The notes beneath the pieces were generated by a model that saw nothing but the letters and a program-made list of their open reading frames with translations, was not told the origin of the DNA and made no database searches. A stretch of 64,000 nucleotides of DNA from Longimicrobiales bacterium (GTDB lineage: Bacteria; Gemmatimonadota; Gemmatimonadetes; Longimicrobiales; Gaopeijiaceae). Positions within the stretch are counted from its first letter, which is position 1, and each line of letters begins with the position of its first letter. Location of the stretch: assembly GCA_965219445.1 (NCBI GenBank), contig CBDCNQ010000005.1, positions 1,472,001 to 1,536,000 on the forward strand, read 5' to 3'. The position numbers were made by a program, and so were the translations under genes. This document shows, piece after piece, positions 1 through 10,267 of the stretch.

Positions 1-1186
1 CTCGGAAGTCCCGCTGACCTGCGTCACGCACGAAGATCTTCGGCACACCATCCACGAAGCTCGCTAAGGCGATCTGAGAGCCGTCGCTGGAGATGGCCAC
101 CCGGTTTCCGCTCCCCCCCGGAGCGTTGAACTCGAAGTCCGTCAGCGCCGTGCGGAAGGGGACTGCGGGCGCGGTGCTGGGCGCGGCTCCCCGCAGCATG
201 CCCCAGAGTGCGATCAGCACGATGGCCACCAGAGCGGTGAGAGAGCGCCGGTCTCGAAGCCAGGGCCGGGCGGCGACCTCCGGAACCGCCGTGGGTGTTT
301 CAGACGCCGAAATCGCGATGCCTGTTCGCGGCCGTGCCTGATAGTTGAAGCCCTCGTCCCCGAGCGCCGTCGCGAATTCCGCCGCGCTCGTGAAGCGGTC
401 GGCGGGCAGCTTCTCCAGAGCCCGCGCGAGTACGTGGCCGACGTGAGGAGGCACGGTCCTTCGCATGCTCGTGATCGAAGGCGCATCCGACGTGAGGATC
501 TGGACCAAGACCGCTTGGGCAGTAGGCGCTGAGAACGGAGGCTGTCCGGCGAGCATCTCGTACAGCACGCAGCCGAGCGCGTAGACATCCGAGCGTGGGT
601 CCACGTCGCGGTCGCCTGTTGCTTGTTCGGGGCTCATGTAGTGCGGCGTTCCGAGGCTGAGACCTGTCTCTGTGATGCGCCCGCCTCCTGCTTGGGCCAC
701 AGCCAACGCAATGCCGAAGTCAGCGACGAGTGGCTCGCCCTGCTCACTCAAGAGGATGTTACCGGGCTTGATGTCGCGGTGGACGACGCCGTGGCCGTGG
801 GCGTAGTGGAGAGCGCCCGCCACCTTCTGCGTGATCGCCACCGAGTCATCCACACCGAGTTGCTTCTCGCGGTCGATGCGCTCCCTGAGTGACTCCCCTT
901 GGACGTGGGGCATCACGTAGAACAGGAAACCGTCCGCCTCGCCCGAGTCGAACAGCGGCAGGATGTGCGGGTGTTGCAGGTTGGCCGTCGTCTTGATCTC
1001 GGCCAGGAAGCGCTCGGCGCCGACCACAGCGGCCAGCTCCGGCTTGAGGACCTTCAGCGCGACCTTGCGCTCGTGCTTGAGGTCGTCGGCCAAAAACACG
1101 GTGGCCATGCCGCCCTCGCCGAGCTCACGCTCGATGGCGTAGCGGCCTTCGAGAGCGGTGTTGAGGCGAGCGACGGGATCAGGCAT
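1..1186 (-). CDS. Ser/Thr protein kinase (Hanks type) with TM segment and start of a beta-propeller/PD40-like region; runs off the window edge
   Basis: Manual translation from ATG at 1186: MPDPVARLNTALEGRYAIERELGEGGMATVFLA..VALKVLK..HRDIKPGNILL..DFGIA..GTPHYMSPEQ..SDVYALG. Confidence 0.95.
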   Translation of the reverse strand, partial: MPDPVARLNTALEGRYAIERELGEGGMATVFLADDLKHERKVALKVLKPELAAVVGAERFLAEIKTTANLQHPHILPLFDSGEADGFLFYVMPHVQGESLRERIDREKQLGVDDSVAITQKVAGALHYAHGHGVVHRDIKPGNILLSEQGEPLVADFGIALAVAQAGGGRITETGLSLGTPHYMSPEQATGDRDVDPRSDVYALGCVLYEMLAGQPPFSAPTAQAVLVQILTSDAPSITSMRRTVPPHVGHVLARALEKLPADRFTSAAEFATALGDEGFNYQARPRTGIAISASETPTAVPEVAARPWLRDRRSLTALVAIVLIALWGMLRGAAPSTAPAVPFRTALTDFEFNAPGGSGNRVAISSDGSQIALASFVDGVPKIFVRDAGQRDFR

Positions 1187-1188
1187 CG

Positions 1189-1437
1189 TTACCGACCGCC
1201 TTGGGAAGCGGCGCGGATGGACGCCGAGCTGCGGCGCAGGCTGTTTTCTCGAAGATGAACACCATTTTCGAGACGATTGCACCCCATCCTCAGCTGGCGG
1301 ATGTGTACCGGCGTGGGACTGAAAACCTGTCGGCCCTCAGCACCGTTCATCATTTGCCTCGCGAGGTAGAGCAACGAGGCGATTACGCCGACTGCTCCGA
1401 GCAGTTCAGCTATGGCACCGATTGCGGTCCAATTCAT
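1189..1437 (-). pseudogene. Small membrane protein of the MNWxAIGAIxE type, apparently broken by an internal inversion
   Basis: N-terminus MNWTAIGAIAELLGAVGVIASLLYLARQM on the - strand; a natural-looking continuation (ADGRRAAAQAVFSKMNTIFETIAPHPQLADVYRRG) lies on the + strand at about 1204-1350. Confidence 0.55.
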
Positions 1438-1561
1438 ACGCGGGTCCTCGGCATGGGAGGATCAGACCGCGCTCAACATCCGAGAGTGGGCCGGTAGGCG
1501 CAAGCAGAATCGTCTCAGACGCTACAGAATCGCGTTCTAAGCGCCTTCGGGCTTCTGGGTT

Positions 1562-2476
1562 TCAGCCGACGCAAACCGCTTCCTCTACCGTGGCGACATG
1601 GATGGAGACCGTATCGGCGAGCTGGTGCGCATACCCGCCTGCCATAAGGACAGCGACGGGGATCGACCGTTCCACCGCCCGCTCGAGCACCATACGGTCG
1701 CGCCGCCTCAAGCCCTCCAGAGTCAAGGAAAGTCCTCCCAGCTGGTCTTCCTCGTACGGATCCGCCCCGGCGAGATAGACGATCAGCTCTGGTGTCGGAT
1801 CGCCGAGCACATCCAGGAGTGCACCGTCGAGCAGATTGAGGTAGTCGTCGTCTTCCGTTCCGTCCTCCAACGCGATATCGAGATTCGACGGCGGCTTGAC
1901 GGCCGGATAGTTGTTCTGCTGATGCATCGAGAAGGTGAAGACATCATCGTCGTCGGCGAAGATCGCGGTGGTCCCGTTGCCCTGATGTACGTCGAGGTCG
2001 ATCACGGCGGAGCGTTCGAGCGCGTCCTCCGCCTGCAGGACCCGCACCGCGACGGCGATGTCATTGTATAGGCAGAATCCCTCGCCGTGGCCCGCATGTG
2101 CGTGGTGAAACCCACCGCCAAGGTGCACAGCCACGCCGTCCTCGAGTGCCCTCCGCACAGTGAGAAGCGTGCCCCCACACGACATGGCCATCGCCTCCCG
2201 CAGTTCCTCCGTGAGCGGCACCTCTAACTGTATCCTCTCGCCGAACGATAATGAGTCGGTCTCGACCCTAGTCAGGAACTGCTCCGTGTGCGCGCGAGCC
2301 AACTCCTCGTGCGTCGCCGCAATCGGGGAAACGAAGTCGCCTTCAGTGAGCGTGCGATCCGAGAGTAGCCGCTCTCGTGCCAGCCGGTACTTGGCGGTCA
2401 CGAAGACGTGCGGCCCAAGGTCAACTTCGTACGTGGGAGACCAGATGACCGCAGGCACAGCTCCGTCGCACCGCAT
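1562..2476 (-). CDS. Histone deacetylase family protein
   Basis: GGGFHHA, GEGFCLYND, IDLDVHQGNGT, YLAGADP, GGY motifs; start chosen at ATG 2476 (ORF extends to 2602). Confidence 0.93.
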   Translation of the reverse strand: MRCDGAVPAVIWSPTYEVDLGPHVFVTAKYRLARERLLSDRTLTEGDFVSPIAATHEELARAHTEQFLTRVETDSLSFGERIQLEVPLTEELREAMAMSCGGTLLTVRRALEDGVAVHLGGGFHHAHAGHGEGFCLYNDIAVAVRVLQAEDALERSAVIDLDVHQGNGTTAIFADDDDVFTFSMHQQNNYPAVKPPSNLDIALEDGTEDDDYLNLLDGALLDVLGDPTPELIVYLAGADPYEEDQLGGLSLTLEGLRRRDRMVLERAVERSIPVAVLMAGGYAHQLADTVSIHVATVEEAVCVG

Positions 2477-2683
2477 CGCTTCTTTGCCAACGTCAGTCGA
2501 TCCCCGGTACGAGCCCCCGAGTTTGCTGCGGATCATCATGCCTCTACATCTCAAGGCCGACCAACAAATCTCATTGATCACGAAGCATTCGCGCTTGCTC
2601 ACGTCTCTGCGATTCTGCCGGGCATCACCATGCCCAGGAGCAGCCTAAGACGCAACCTAAGAGCCGAGAGCGTCTGAACGAGA

Positions 2684-2716
2684 AGACGGCCACCTCCGAA
2701 CGATGGGGGTGGTCCG
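2684..2716. terminator. Hairpin downstream of the receiver gene (possible terminator)
   Basis: acggccacctcc...gggggtggtccgt imperfect inverted repeat. Confidence 0.4.
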
Positions 2717-2774
2717 TGTGCTTATCGGGGATGGCTGGGTGGGCTAGTCGTCAGCCCACCAGTGCTCTCCGCGC

Positions 2775-3164
2775 TCAGCCAACGCCCCTCCGGGCGGGTG
2801 CGGTCGAGCCATGTCGAGTTGCCTTTTCAAGGGCTTCAACGAGTTCGTCGCGGTCAACAGGCTTGTTGAGCACCGCAAACACACCCATGCGCTTTACCGC
2901 AGCAATCAGATCCGGCCCCGAACCGGAAACGGCGATGATCGCCGCATCTGAAAACGAAGCTCGCAACGCCCTGATCAACCCGAGCCCATCGACGTGAGGC
3001 ATTTGAAGATCCGTGATGACGACATCAATGCGTTTTCCAAAGTGGAGATTGAGGGCTTGCACTCCATCAACCGCGACATAGACCTCGTGACCCAGCCCCT
3101 CGACGATGCTTTCCAAGATGACCCGATCACTCGGTTCGTCTTCGACGATGAGTACGTTTTCCAC
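2775..3164 (-). CDS. Stand-alone response regulator receiver (CheY-like)
   Basis: VLIVEDE, VVITDLQMP, AVSG, KP motifs. Confidence 0.92.
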   Translation of the reverse strand: MENVLIVEDEPSDRVILESIVEGLGHEVYVAVDGVQALNLHFGKRIDVVITDLQMPHVDGLGLIRALRASFSDAAIIAVSGSGPDLIAAVKRMGVFAVLNKPVDRDELVEALEKATRHGSTAPARRGVG

Positions 3165-3606
3165 GATATCGAACCCTTGTCCGGGCCGCTGGGCGGGGAG
3201 GGTGGCTGGGTGAATATGCTGTTACTAAACGATGCGACGGAGATCCGAGTGCGGGCAAGCGTTTTAGTTGGGCACTTCCGCCCGGTGGTAGGTCGGCTTC
3301 CGTTGGTCGAGGGGGAGCGCCGCTGCAAGCAATCGGGAAATCTGTCCCATCCAGACATTGACAGGTTCGAGCAGGCACCTTTCCCGAGATCCGGGATCCT
3401 GCCCCGGCCCCCCCCCTGAGCACACCTGGCTTGTGACGTGACCGCCGAGGGCGAACCCCGGACCCTTCGGAAAGCCTCGAATCCCGTCCACGCCCGCCCA
3501 GAAGCCAGCCAGAGCCTCGAAAAACCGCCGTTAGATTTATGGGAGTCATTCGTCTGGAAGGTAGCTATTCCCTATAACCCGCTCCCCCCTCCTGGAGGCT
3601 CCCCGC

Positions 3607-5281
3607 ATGATCGACTTCGCTCAACCGGTACTTGGAGATCACACCGCGCTGGCGACAACTTCGACGACGACACACCGAGCTCGGTCGCGGACCGAGACGT
3701 GGCCCGTCGTTGCTACTGCCGCAACGGTCGAATCCCCCACCCCACTGCCCGCCCCCACCCCCTTCCCACGTGCCGAACTCGAGCGGCTGGGCGATGAGAT
3801 CGCCGAACTCGCCGCCCACATCCATGCCGCCACGTACCGTCTGCTGGTGCTGATCCGTGAGTTCGACCAGCGAGGGGGCTGGGACGCCAGCTTCAAGACC
3901 TGCGCCCACTGGCTGAGCTGGCGCACCGGCATCGCCATGGGACCGGCACGCGAGAAGGTCCGCGTGGCCCACGCTCTCGAGCATCTACCCGGTTTGAGCG
4001 CGAGGATGCGGAGCGGAGAACTGTCATACTCCAAGGCACGAGCCCTCACGCGCGTGGCCACACCGGAGAACGAAGAGGAGTTGATGGACTTCGCCCGCCA
4101 CGGTACAGCGTCGCACGTTGAGAAGCTCGTGCGTGCGTGGCGGCGGGTGGACCGGCTGGAGGAGCAATGGCAGGAGCGGGAGCGTCACCGAACCCGCTCG
4201 CTCACGTTATGGCCGGACGAGGACGGGATGTATGAGCTCCGGGGCCGGTTGGATCCCGAGGTGGGCGCCATATTGATGCGGGCGCTCGAGGCCGCGAGGG
4301 GTGCCCTCTACCGACGGTCCGGGAAGTTCCGGCGTCCGGAGGCTCGCGAGGATCCGGAATCTCGCAAGGATCCGGAACTCACCGCCGAGCAGATGCGGGC
4401 CGATGCCATCGGACTCCTCGCCGAGCGAGCGCTACAGAGTGGTGGGCTGGAATGCGACGGCGAGAGTATCGGCCGCGCTGATCGCTTTCAAGTCGTCGTG
4501 CACGTGGACGCCGAAGCACTCGCGGGATCATCGGAGTCATCGGGACCATCGGGATCATCGGAGTTGCCGGAGTCGTCGGAGTCGTGGCCGCCGCCGCTGC
4601 CCTCGTCGTCACCGCCAACGTTGGGCAGTGCCCTGCTCGAGGACGGCGTACGCGTTCCCGCGGGAACGTCGAGGCGCCTCGCTTGTGACGCGAGTCGCGT
4701 CATTATGACACTCACACAACATGACAGCCGAGATGACGCGTACCGAGATAACACGCACACAGAGCGGTTCCGTGCTCGACGTGGGCAGAAAGACCCGGAC
4801 CGTCCCCCCCGCCATCCGGAGGGCGCTCGACCATAGGGACGGAGGCTGTCGCTTCCCAGGCTGCGGGCTGCGCTTCTGTGACGCGCATCACATCAAGCAC
4901 TGGGCGGATGGCGGAGAGACCCGGCTCGACAACCTCGTCTTGCTTTGTAGGCGCCATCACCGGGCGGTGCATGAAGAGGGATTCGCGGTCGAGATGGTTG
5001 AGGATGCGGAAGGAGGAGGGGGTAGGGGTGAGGGGAGAGACCCGAGGTGGAGGCAGGTAATCCACAGCGGCGCCCGCAGAAATGTCCGCTTCTCCTGGCC
5101 CGACGGACGGCCCTTTCCGGACGCGCCCCGGGCACCAAGGCTGCCCGACGACCCCGTGAGGGCCCTCGAGTCCAAGCACGCCACACTGGGGATCCATGTG
5201 GGTGCTGAGACCACAACCCCGCACTGGAACGGAGAGAGCCTCGACCTGGGGTGGGCAATTCACACGCTTTGGAGGCCCTGA
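3607..5281 (+). pseudogene. DUF222 + HNH endonuclease (REP13E12-like), frameshifted near 4705-4720
   Basis: ORF 3607-4836 has the DUF222-like part (CAHWLSWRTG..AREKVRVA..GELSYSKARALTR..RRLACDAS); ORF 4721-5281 has LDVGRKTR..RDGGCRFPGC..DAHHIKHWADGG..NLVLLCRRHH. Confidence 0.85.
4523..4586 (+). repeat. Degenerate 9-bp tandem repeats encoding a Ser/Gly/Glu low-complexity insert
   Basis: ggatcatcg gagtcatcg ggaccatcg ggatcatcg gagttgccg gagtcgtcg gagtcgtgg. Confidence 0.7.
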
Positions 5282-5529
5282 GCGGCCAGACCCGTGGAAA
5301 CGCGGAGCCGTGAACGCGCCGTGATACGTATCTTCTTATTTGATTTATACGTACGCCGACATCCCTCGTGGACCTTCCCCGCGGCTTTGGAGCCGATGGT
5401 CTGTATTCCTAACATGAAGTCGGACTGACAGATACGCTAATAGGATGGACGGATCACGGTGGGGCATATCGCACCACGCCATCGTCCTGCCCGATGCCCA
5501 AGAAGCCAGGGCCTCGCCCTACTCTCGCC

Positions 5530-6531
5530 CTACCCTGCCTCGGTCGGCCGCGCGACCATCACACCGTCCTGGCCACGGATTCGCTGGATCCTCTCGGCCA
5601 GAGGTACTTCGCTGATCTGTACTACGCCGCCGGCGAGCGGAGCGTGCAGTAGGTGCAGCCGTCCGTCCTGCCACAGGGCGATCCCCGTGTGGGCGATGTC
5701 CAACCCCGCCACGGTGCTGGTGGCCGCGATGATATCCCCATTCTGAATCCCGACCTCGACTCCGGCGATGCGATCCTCAGGGATGTAGTACCGGGGCTCC
5801 GTGCTGAGGCGTTCCTCGACGGCGCTCAGCTCCGTGAGGAAATCCGGATCCTCACCCAATTGGCGGTATGCGTCCGGATGTGTCGTCATGAAGTCGATCG
5901 GCTCGGCATCGGCGACCCCGCCCAGCTCCTGCGACACGTCACGCAAGAGGCCCATCGCATCATTGTCACTGATCCACTCGCTGAAGTAGTGCAAACGGCT
6001 CGGATACTCCCCGAGCTCCCCACCCCGGTAACGGATGTCCTCCAGGAGCCAGGAGAACAACGGCCGTTGGTGACCCTCCGTGCGTGCGACCAACAATGCG
6101 TCGGGGACGATTTGAACGAGGCGCGCCAGCGCCAGGACGTTCTCCACGAAGGTCACGCAGTCCAACTCCTCGAGCTCGATCACGAGGCCCTCTTCGCCGG
6201 GCACCTCGAGGGTATGAGGAGCATAGGGGGTTCCAACGAACGTCTCCCCGATGCGAACGATCAGATCGCCGATGCTCAGATCGGAATATCCCTGCTCCAC
6301 CGCCCAGCGGGCCTTTTCCTCGACGATGGCCCAGTCGGCCTCCGTTCCGGGCAGAGTGGTGGGGCCAGCCGGCGCGTCGGCCCCCGCGCCTAGTTCCGCC
6401 GCCGCCGATTGGGTGGTCGTGCTAGGGAGCGAGCCCTCGGAGGGATCTCCGGAGTTTCCCCCGCAGGCAGAAAGCACACCGGCGCTCAAAATCGCAAGCG
6501 ACCATCGGACCGTCTTGGCTCTGATCAGCAT
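5530..6531 (-). CDS. DUF1460 / NlpC-P60-like N-acetylmuramoyl-L-alanine amidase lipoprotein
   Basis: Lipobox LSAC; GTPY..LDCVTFVE..RYRGG..SRLHYFSEW..GLDIAHTG. Confidence 0.88.
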   Translation of the reverse strand: MLIRAKTVRWSLAILSAGVLSACGGNSGDPSEGSLPSTTTQSAAAELGAGADAPAGPTTLPGTEADWAIVEEKARWAVEQGYSDLSIGDLIVRIGETFVGTPYAPHTLEVPGEEGLVIELEELDCVTFVENVLALARLVQIVPDALLVARTEGHQRPLFSWLLEDIRYRGGELGEYPSRLHYFSEWISDNDAMGLLRDVSQELGGVADAEPIDFMTTHPDAYRQLGEDPDFLTELSAVEERLSTEPRYYIPEDRIAGVEVGIQNGDIIAATSTVAGLDIAHTGIALWQDGRLHLLHAPLAGGVVQISEVPLAERIQRIRGQDGVMVARPTEAG

Positions 6532-6998
6532 GCCCTATCCTCCAACAACAATCCCATCTCCGCAAACTACGGCCCCTCTCCTCCTCCCTGCATCATAAAT
6601 CGAATCGATTCCCGCGGGAATGGACGGATCGTCGCATCCGGCGACTCGGCATCACTCTGATCGGATCGCTCATCGGGATGCTCCGGGCTGCGAGACTCCG
6701 GCTTATGGAATCGAAAGTTCGGATCATGAAATCGTAACTATCAGTCGGACTATCACTTAGCTATAGGCTCGCCTCACGCCAACCGGGGCTGTTGGGCGCT
6801 ACCACAGCGGCGCACGCACCTTTCAAACCCCCCGGGGTAGTCATTTGGGTTCCAGGAACTGACGTTGATCACCGAGCTCGCATGATTGCAGGCTTCCCCA
6901 AATACCGAAGGACCCCGATATTACAAACCCGTGAAGTTGCCGACCGTGAAAGAGACGGTCCGGCCGACGGATCCGGAATTCCGCCAGCACAGGAGTAC

Positions 6999-7427
6999 AT
7001 GATGCCATATCCAGAAGCGCTTATCGCTCCGATGAGACAGGACTTGGTGCAACTCGGCTTCAAAGAGATGAGAACGCCCGATGACGTGGACGAGGTCTTG
7101 GGGACGGAGCAGCGCACGACGGTCGTGGCCATCAACTCGGTCTGCGGGTGCTCGGCCGGAGGCATGCGCCCCGGCGTGGCGGGTTCGTTGACCAACGAGG
7201 CCAAGCCCGACGTTCTCGTGACCGTATTTGCTGGACAGGATCTCGAGGCTACTGAAAGAGCCCGGGAATACTTCACCGGCTATCCGCCGTCGTCACCCTC
7301 CATAGCGTTGATGAAAGACGGCGAGCTGGTCTACATGATGGAGCGCCACCAGATCGAAGGGCGCCACCCGCTCGAGATCGCAGACACCTTGAAGGCGGTC
7401 TACGACGAGCACTGCTCGACAACCTAA
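6999..7427 (+). CDS. BrxA/BrxB family bacilliredoxin
   Basis: MPYPEALIAPMR..NSVCGCSAG..RP..TVFAGQD..PPSSPSIAL..ERHQIEG; AGGAG RBS at 6991. Confidence 0.93.
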   Translation: MMPYPEALIAPMRQDLVQLGFKEMRTPDDVDEVLGTEQRTTVVAINSVCGCSAGGMRPGVAGSLTNEAKPDVLVTVFAGQDLEATERAREYFTGYPPSSPSIALMKDGELVYMMERHQIEGRHPLEIADTLKAVYDEHCSTT

Positions 7428-7491
7428 GTTCAAGCTAGTTGGGGGCGACGCGCCTGACGGTGCGAGAGCGCCCACGTGTGACTCGTCGGCT

Positions 7492-8199
7492 TCAGCTGTC
7501 CGGCCCGGACATGAGTCTCGGCTGAGCGCCCTTCCGTTCCAAGCGACGTCGTCTTTTGGCCTGCCTGGGGGTCTCTCCCGGGAGCCGGACTTCGACGCCC
7601 ACGCCACCGAGCAGGGCAAAACCTCGGATCCGTAGAGTCGGGAGATCCGGATCGCTACGGAGCGGCGTGTCGGTCTGATGCTCGAAGCCGCCGAGCAGGG
7701 CGATTCCGTCCACCTCCACCGCCATCTCGGGCGGGACGATGATCTCGACCCCGCCCAGAACGGCCAGAACGTTCACGTCCGTGACTCCCGGTCCGAGTAG
7801 GGCTTCCCGGAAGTCGAGCGAGATGCCACCCAAGAAGCCGAGTGCGAAGTTCCTTCGCGCCGGGATCCAACGGCCAGAACGGTTCGTGCCGCCGAGGCAG
7901 CTGATCACGAAACCTTGATCCCTCACTCGATCGGCGTCTACGACGACGGGAGATCCACCCTGGGCGGGGATCATGTCGGTGGCGGGCTTCGACGACTCCA
8001 GAGGCGGCAGCCTACGGAGAAGCTCGCGAAGCTCGCCCGCCGTGGAGGATCGATTGACCTCGTCCAAGAGGCCCTCGAACTCCTCCAGATCCATGACATC
8101 GTTGGAGAAATGCTCCATGAGCACTTCGACCGCCCGCTCTCGGACTGTCTCGATGTTGGGCCCCTGGGCCGGCCCCTGGACCGGATAGTCCTCGCTCAT
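7492..8199 (-). CDS. DUF1707 (SHOCT-like) + LiaF-like C-terminal domain protein
   Basis: RERAVEVLMEHF..LEEFEGLL..ELRELL; GGISLDFREA..GGVEIIVPP; ATGA overlap with the upstream gene. Confidence 0.8.
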   Translation of the reverse strand: MSEDYPVQGPAQGPNIETVRERAVEVLMEHFSNDVMDLEEFEGLLDEVNRSSTAGELRELLRRLPPLESSKPATDMIPAQGGSPVVVDADRVRDQGFVISCLGGTNRSGRWIPARRNFALGFLGGISLDFREALLGPGVTDVNVLAVLGGVEIIVPPEMAVEVDGIALLGGFEHQTDTPLRSDPDLPTLRIRGFALLGGVGVEVRLPGETPRQAKRRRRLERKGAQPRLMSGPDS

Positions 8200-9419
8200 C
8201 CCGCCTCCGCTAACACGTCGCTCACCATCTCGCCCGGATCTCCTTGCAGGAAGTCGCGCGAAAACCGCTCGAGAACGGCCGCGCACGTCATGATCTCAGA
8301 AGGATCGATCCACTCGTCGGCGGAATGTGCCTGAGCAATCGAGCCCGGACCGAAACAGACCGCAGGCGTACCTGCTTGGTTCAAGAAAGCCGCATCGACC
8401 CAGGCGGTCATGCCGGCCACCACGGGATCGACTCCCTCACCGACACACGCGGCCACGAGGCCTTCGGCAAGAGGGGAATCGTTCGGTATTTCGGTGGCAG
8501 GACGTGCCAATCCCTCAGTTAGTTTCGCGTCGAGCTCGGGTACTTCTTCCGCCAACTCGTCCAGCACGGCTTGAAACTCTTCGATAATGCCGGCCGCGTT
8601 TTCTCCCGGCAACGTGCGTCGCTCCAGAACGAGCCGGCATGCGTCGGGATAGACGGAGGGCGCCGAGCCGCCGTCGATCGTGCCCGCGTGAAAGGAGCCG
8701 TGACCCAAAAGCGGATGCGGCTCTTCTGCGCGGAGCCGACTCCGCAGAGCGCCCAATGCCGTCAGGTAGCGAGCGGCATGCTCGATGGCGTCCACACCGG
8801 CATCGGGGCGCGAACCGTGCGCTGCACGCCCCCGGAAGGCCGCCTCGATCCACACGAAACCTTTGTGGGCGGGCATGACCGCCAAGCTCGTGGGCTCACA
8901 TACGACCGCGGCGTCGGCCCCTATTCCGGAGCGTACCAATGCCTGCATTCCCAGGCTGGCGTGCTCCTCGTCCGCGGTGAGCGCTACGATCAACGCCCCC
9001 GGCGGCCCACTCCGGGCGACCCTGGCCGTGGCGGCAAGCAATGCCGCGACTCCACCTTTCATGTCGCACGATCCCCTCCCCCAGAGCCGCCCATCGCTCA
9101 GTTCGGCTCCGAACGGGTCGACGCTCATTCCCGCCACGCCTACGGTATCGAGATGGCCGTTCAGGAGGAGCGTCGGGCCATCTCCCTTGCCCTCGAGGCG
9201 ACCCATGACGTTGCAGCGGCCCGGCGCCACCTCGGACATTTCCACCGAAAGACCCCACACACGCAGCCACTCCGCGGTCAACTCGGCAACGGCCCCCTCT
9301 CCCGCGCCGGACTCTTCCAGCTCCGGATTTACCGAGGGAGTGGCGACCAGGGCGCGAGCGAGCGCAACGGGGTCCCCCGCGGTGGCATCCTTCAGAATCC
9401 GGCCCCTTTCCTGTGACAT
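8196..9419 (-). CDS. M20 metallopeptidase, ArgE/DapE-like deacylase
   Basis: LNGHLDTV, GRGSCDMKGG, ADEE, CEPT, AHSADE. Confidence 0.92.
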   Translation of the reverse strand: MSQERGRILKDATAGDPVALARALVATPSVNPELEESGAGEGAVAELTAEWLRVWGLSVEMSEVAPGRCNVMGRLEGKGDGPTLLLNGHLDTVGVAGMSVDPFGAELSDGRLWGRGSCDMKGGVAALLAATARVARSGPPGALIVALTADEEHASLGMQALVRSGIGADAAVVCEPTSLAVMPAHKGFVWIEAAFRGRAAHGSRPDAGVDAIEHAARYLTALGALRSRLRAEEPHPLLGHGSFHAGTIDGGSAPSVYPDACRLVLERRTLPGENAAGIIEEFQAVLDELAEEVPELDAKLTEGLARPATEIPNDSPLAEGLVAACVGEGVDPVVAGMTAWVDAAFLNQAGTPAVCFGPGSIAQAHSADEWIDPSEIMTCAAVLERFSRDFLQGDPGEMVSDVLAEAG

Positions 9420-9845
9420 ACTCCGCCCCCAAGTCGTCATGAACCCCAGACAGGCATGGTGAAGGCCCCGGCCCGCCGAGACAACCCCGAGCGGAGTGTT
9501 GGGAGACCAACAATCCCGCCCTACTTGCGAGATTGAAACCAATTCGCACACTTTTAGTATTGGGAACAGTCGGCACCAAGATCGAATACGACAGGGAGCC
9601 GGTATGAGAATCACGAAACCCGAGCGAGGAGAGTACTATTCGCAAATTTATGTTAGGAATCGTGGGTGCCGCGGCTGTAGCGGCGGGCTTGCTCTTGATG
9701 CGACAGCAGAAGCAGAATCAGCCGAAGGAAGCCGTAACTGAAGCGGAAAGTGCTTCAGCGATCCCGCTGGATCGTATGCGGGAGCTAGGCCTCTAGCACC
9801 ATCCCCCGAAGGGCAACTGGGGCGCCGACCGATCTGATCGATGGG

Positions 9846-9912
9846 CGTCACTCAGTTCTCGACCTGCGTCACTCAGTTGCCGACGTCCGCCACTCAGTTG
9901 CCGACGTACGTC
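9846..9912. repeat. 21-bp tandem repeat x3 just downstream of the ferredoxin stop
   Basis: cgtcactcagttctcgacctg / cgtcactcagttgccgacgtc / cgccactcagttgccgacgta. Confidence 0.85.
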
Positions 9913-10150
9913 ACACGTCGTCGAAGTGGTCGGCATTCTTCGCGATGTAGCTGGTCCACTCGGGGGGCACGTCCGTATCCGGGAAAATCGCCGTCACGGG
10001 ACACTCAGGCTCACATGCGCCGCAATCGATGCACTCCACCGGATGGATGTAGAACATGTCCTCCCCCTCGTAGATGCAATCGACGGGGCATACCTCCACG
10101 CAGCTGGCGTCTTTGAGGTCGATGCAGGGCTCGGCAATGATGTACGTCAT
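9911..10150 (-). CDS. Ferredoxin (FdxA-like, 7Fe/8Fe type)
   Basis: [43 protein letters not shown]. Confidence 0.95.
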   Translation of the reverse strand: MTYIIAEPCIDLKDASCVEVCPVDCIYEGEDMFYIHPVECIDCGACEPECPVTAIFPDTDVPPEWTSYIAKNADHFDDV

Positions 10151-10267
10151 GGTCTGATACGTGTCGTAGCGTGATCGAGACGGGAACCGATGTACGGCCA
10201 ACCATTAATGCAGAAAAAATCGGGGCCGTCAAGTATCCTGCACATTGATGTCGTGCATCCCCACGCA

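Noticed and set aside
623..1258. + strand ORFs over the kinase
   Set aside because: Antisense to a clear Ser/Thr kinase that the ORF track misses because it runs off the edge.
9630..9662. dif-like site (TTATGTTAGGA; ATGTTAGGAAT also reversed near 5405)
   Set aside because: No XerC-like arm at the right spacing, and the window is origin-proximal.
9846..9912. Possible mini-CRISPR
   Set aside because: Units are contiguous 21-mers without unique spacers, and there are no cas genes.
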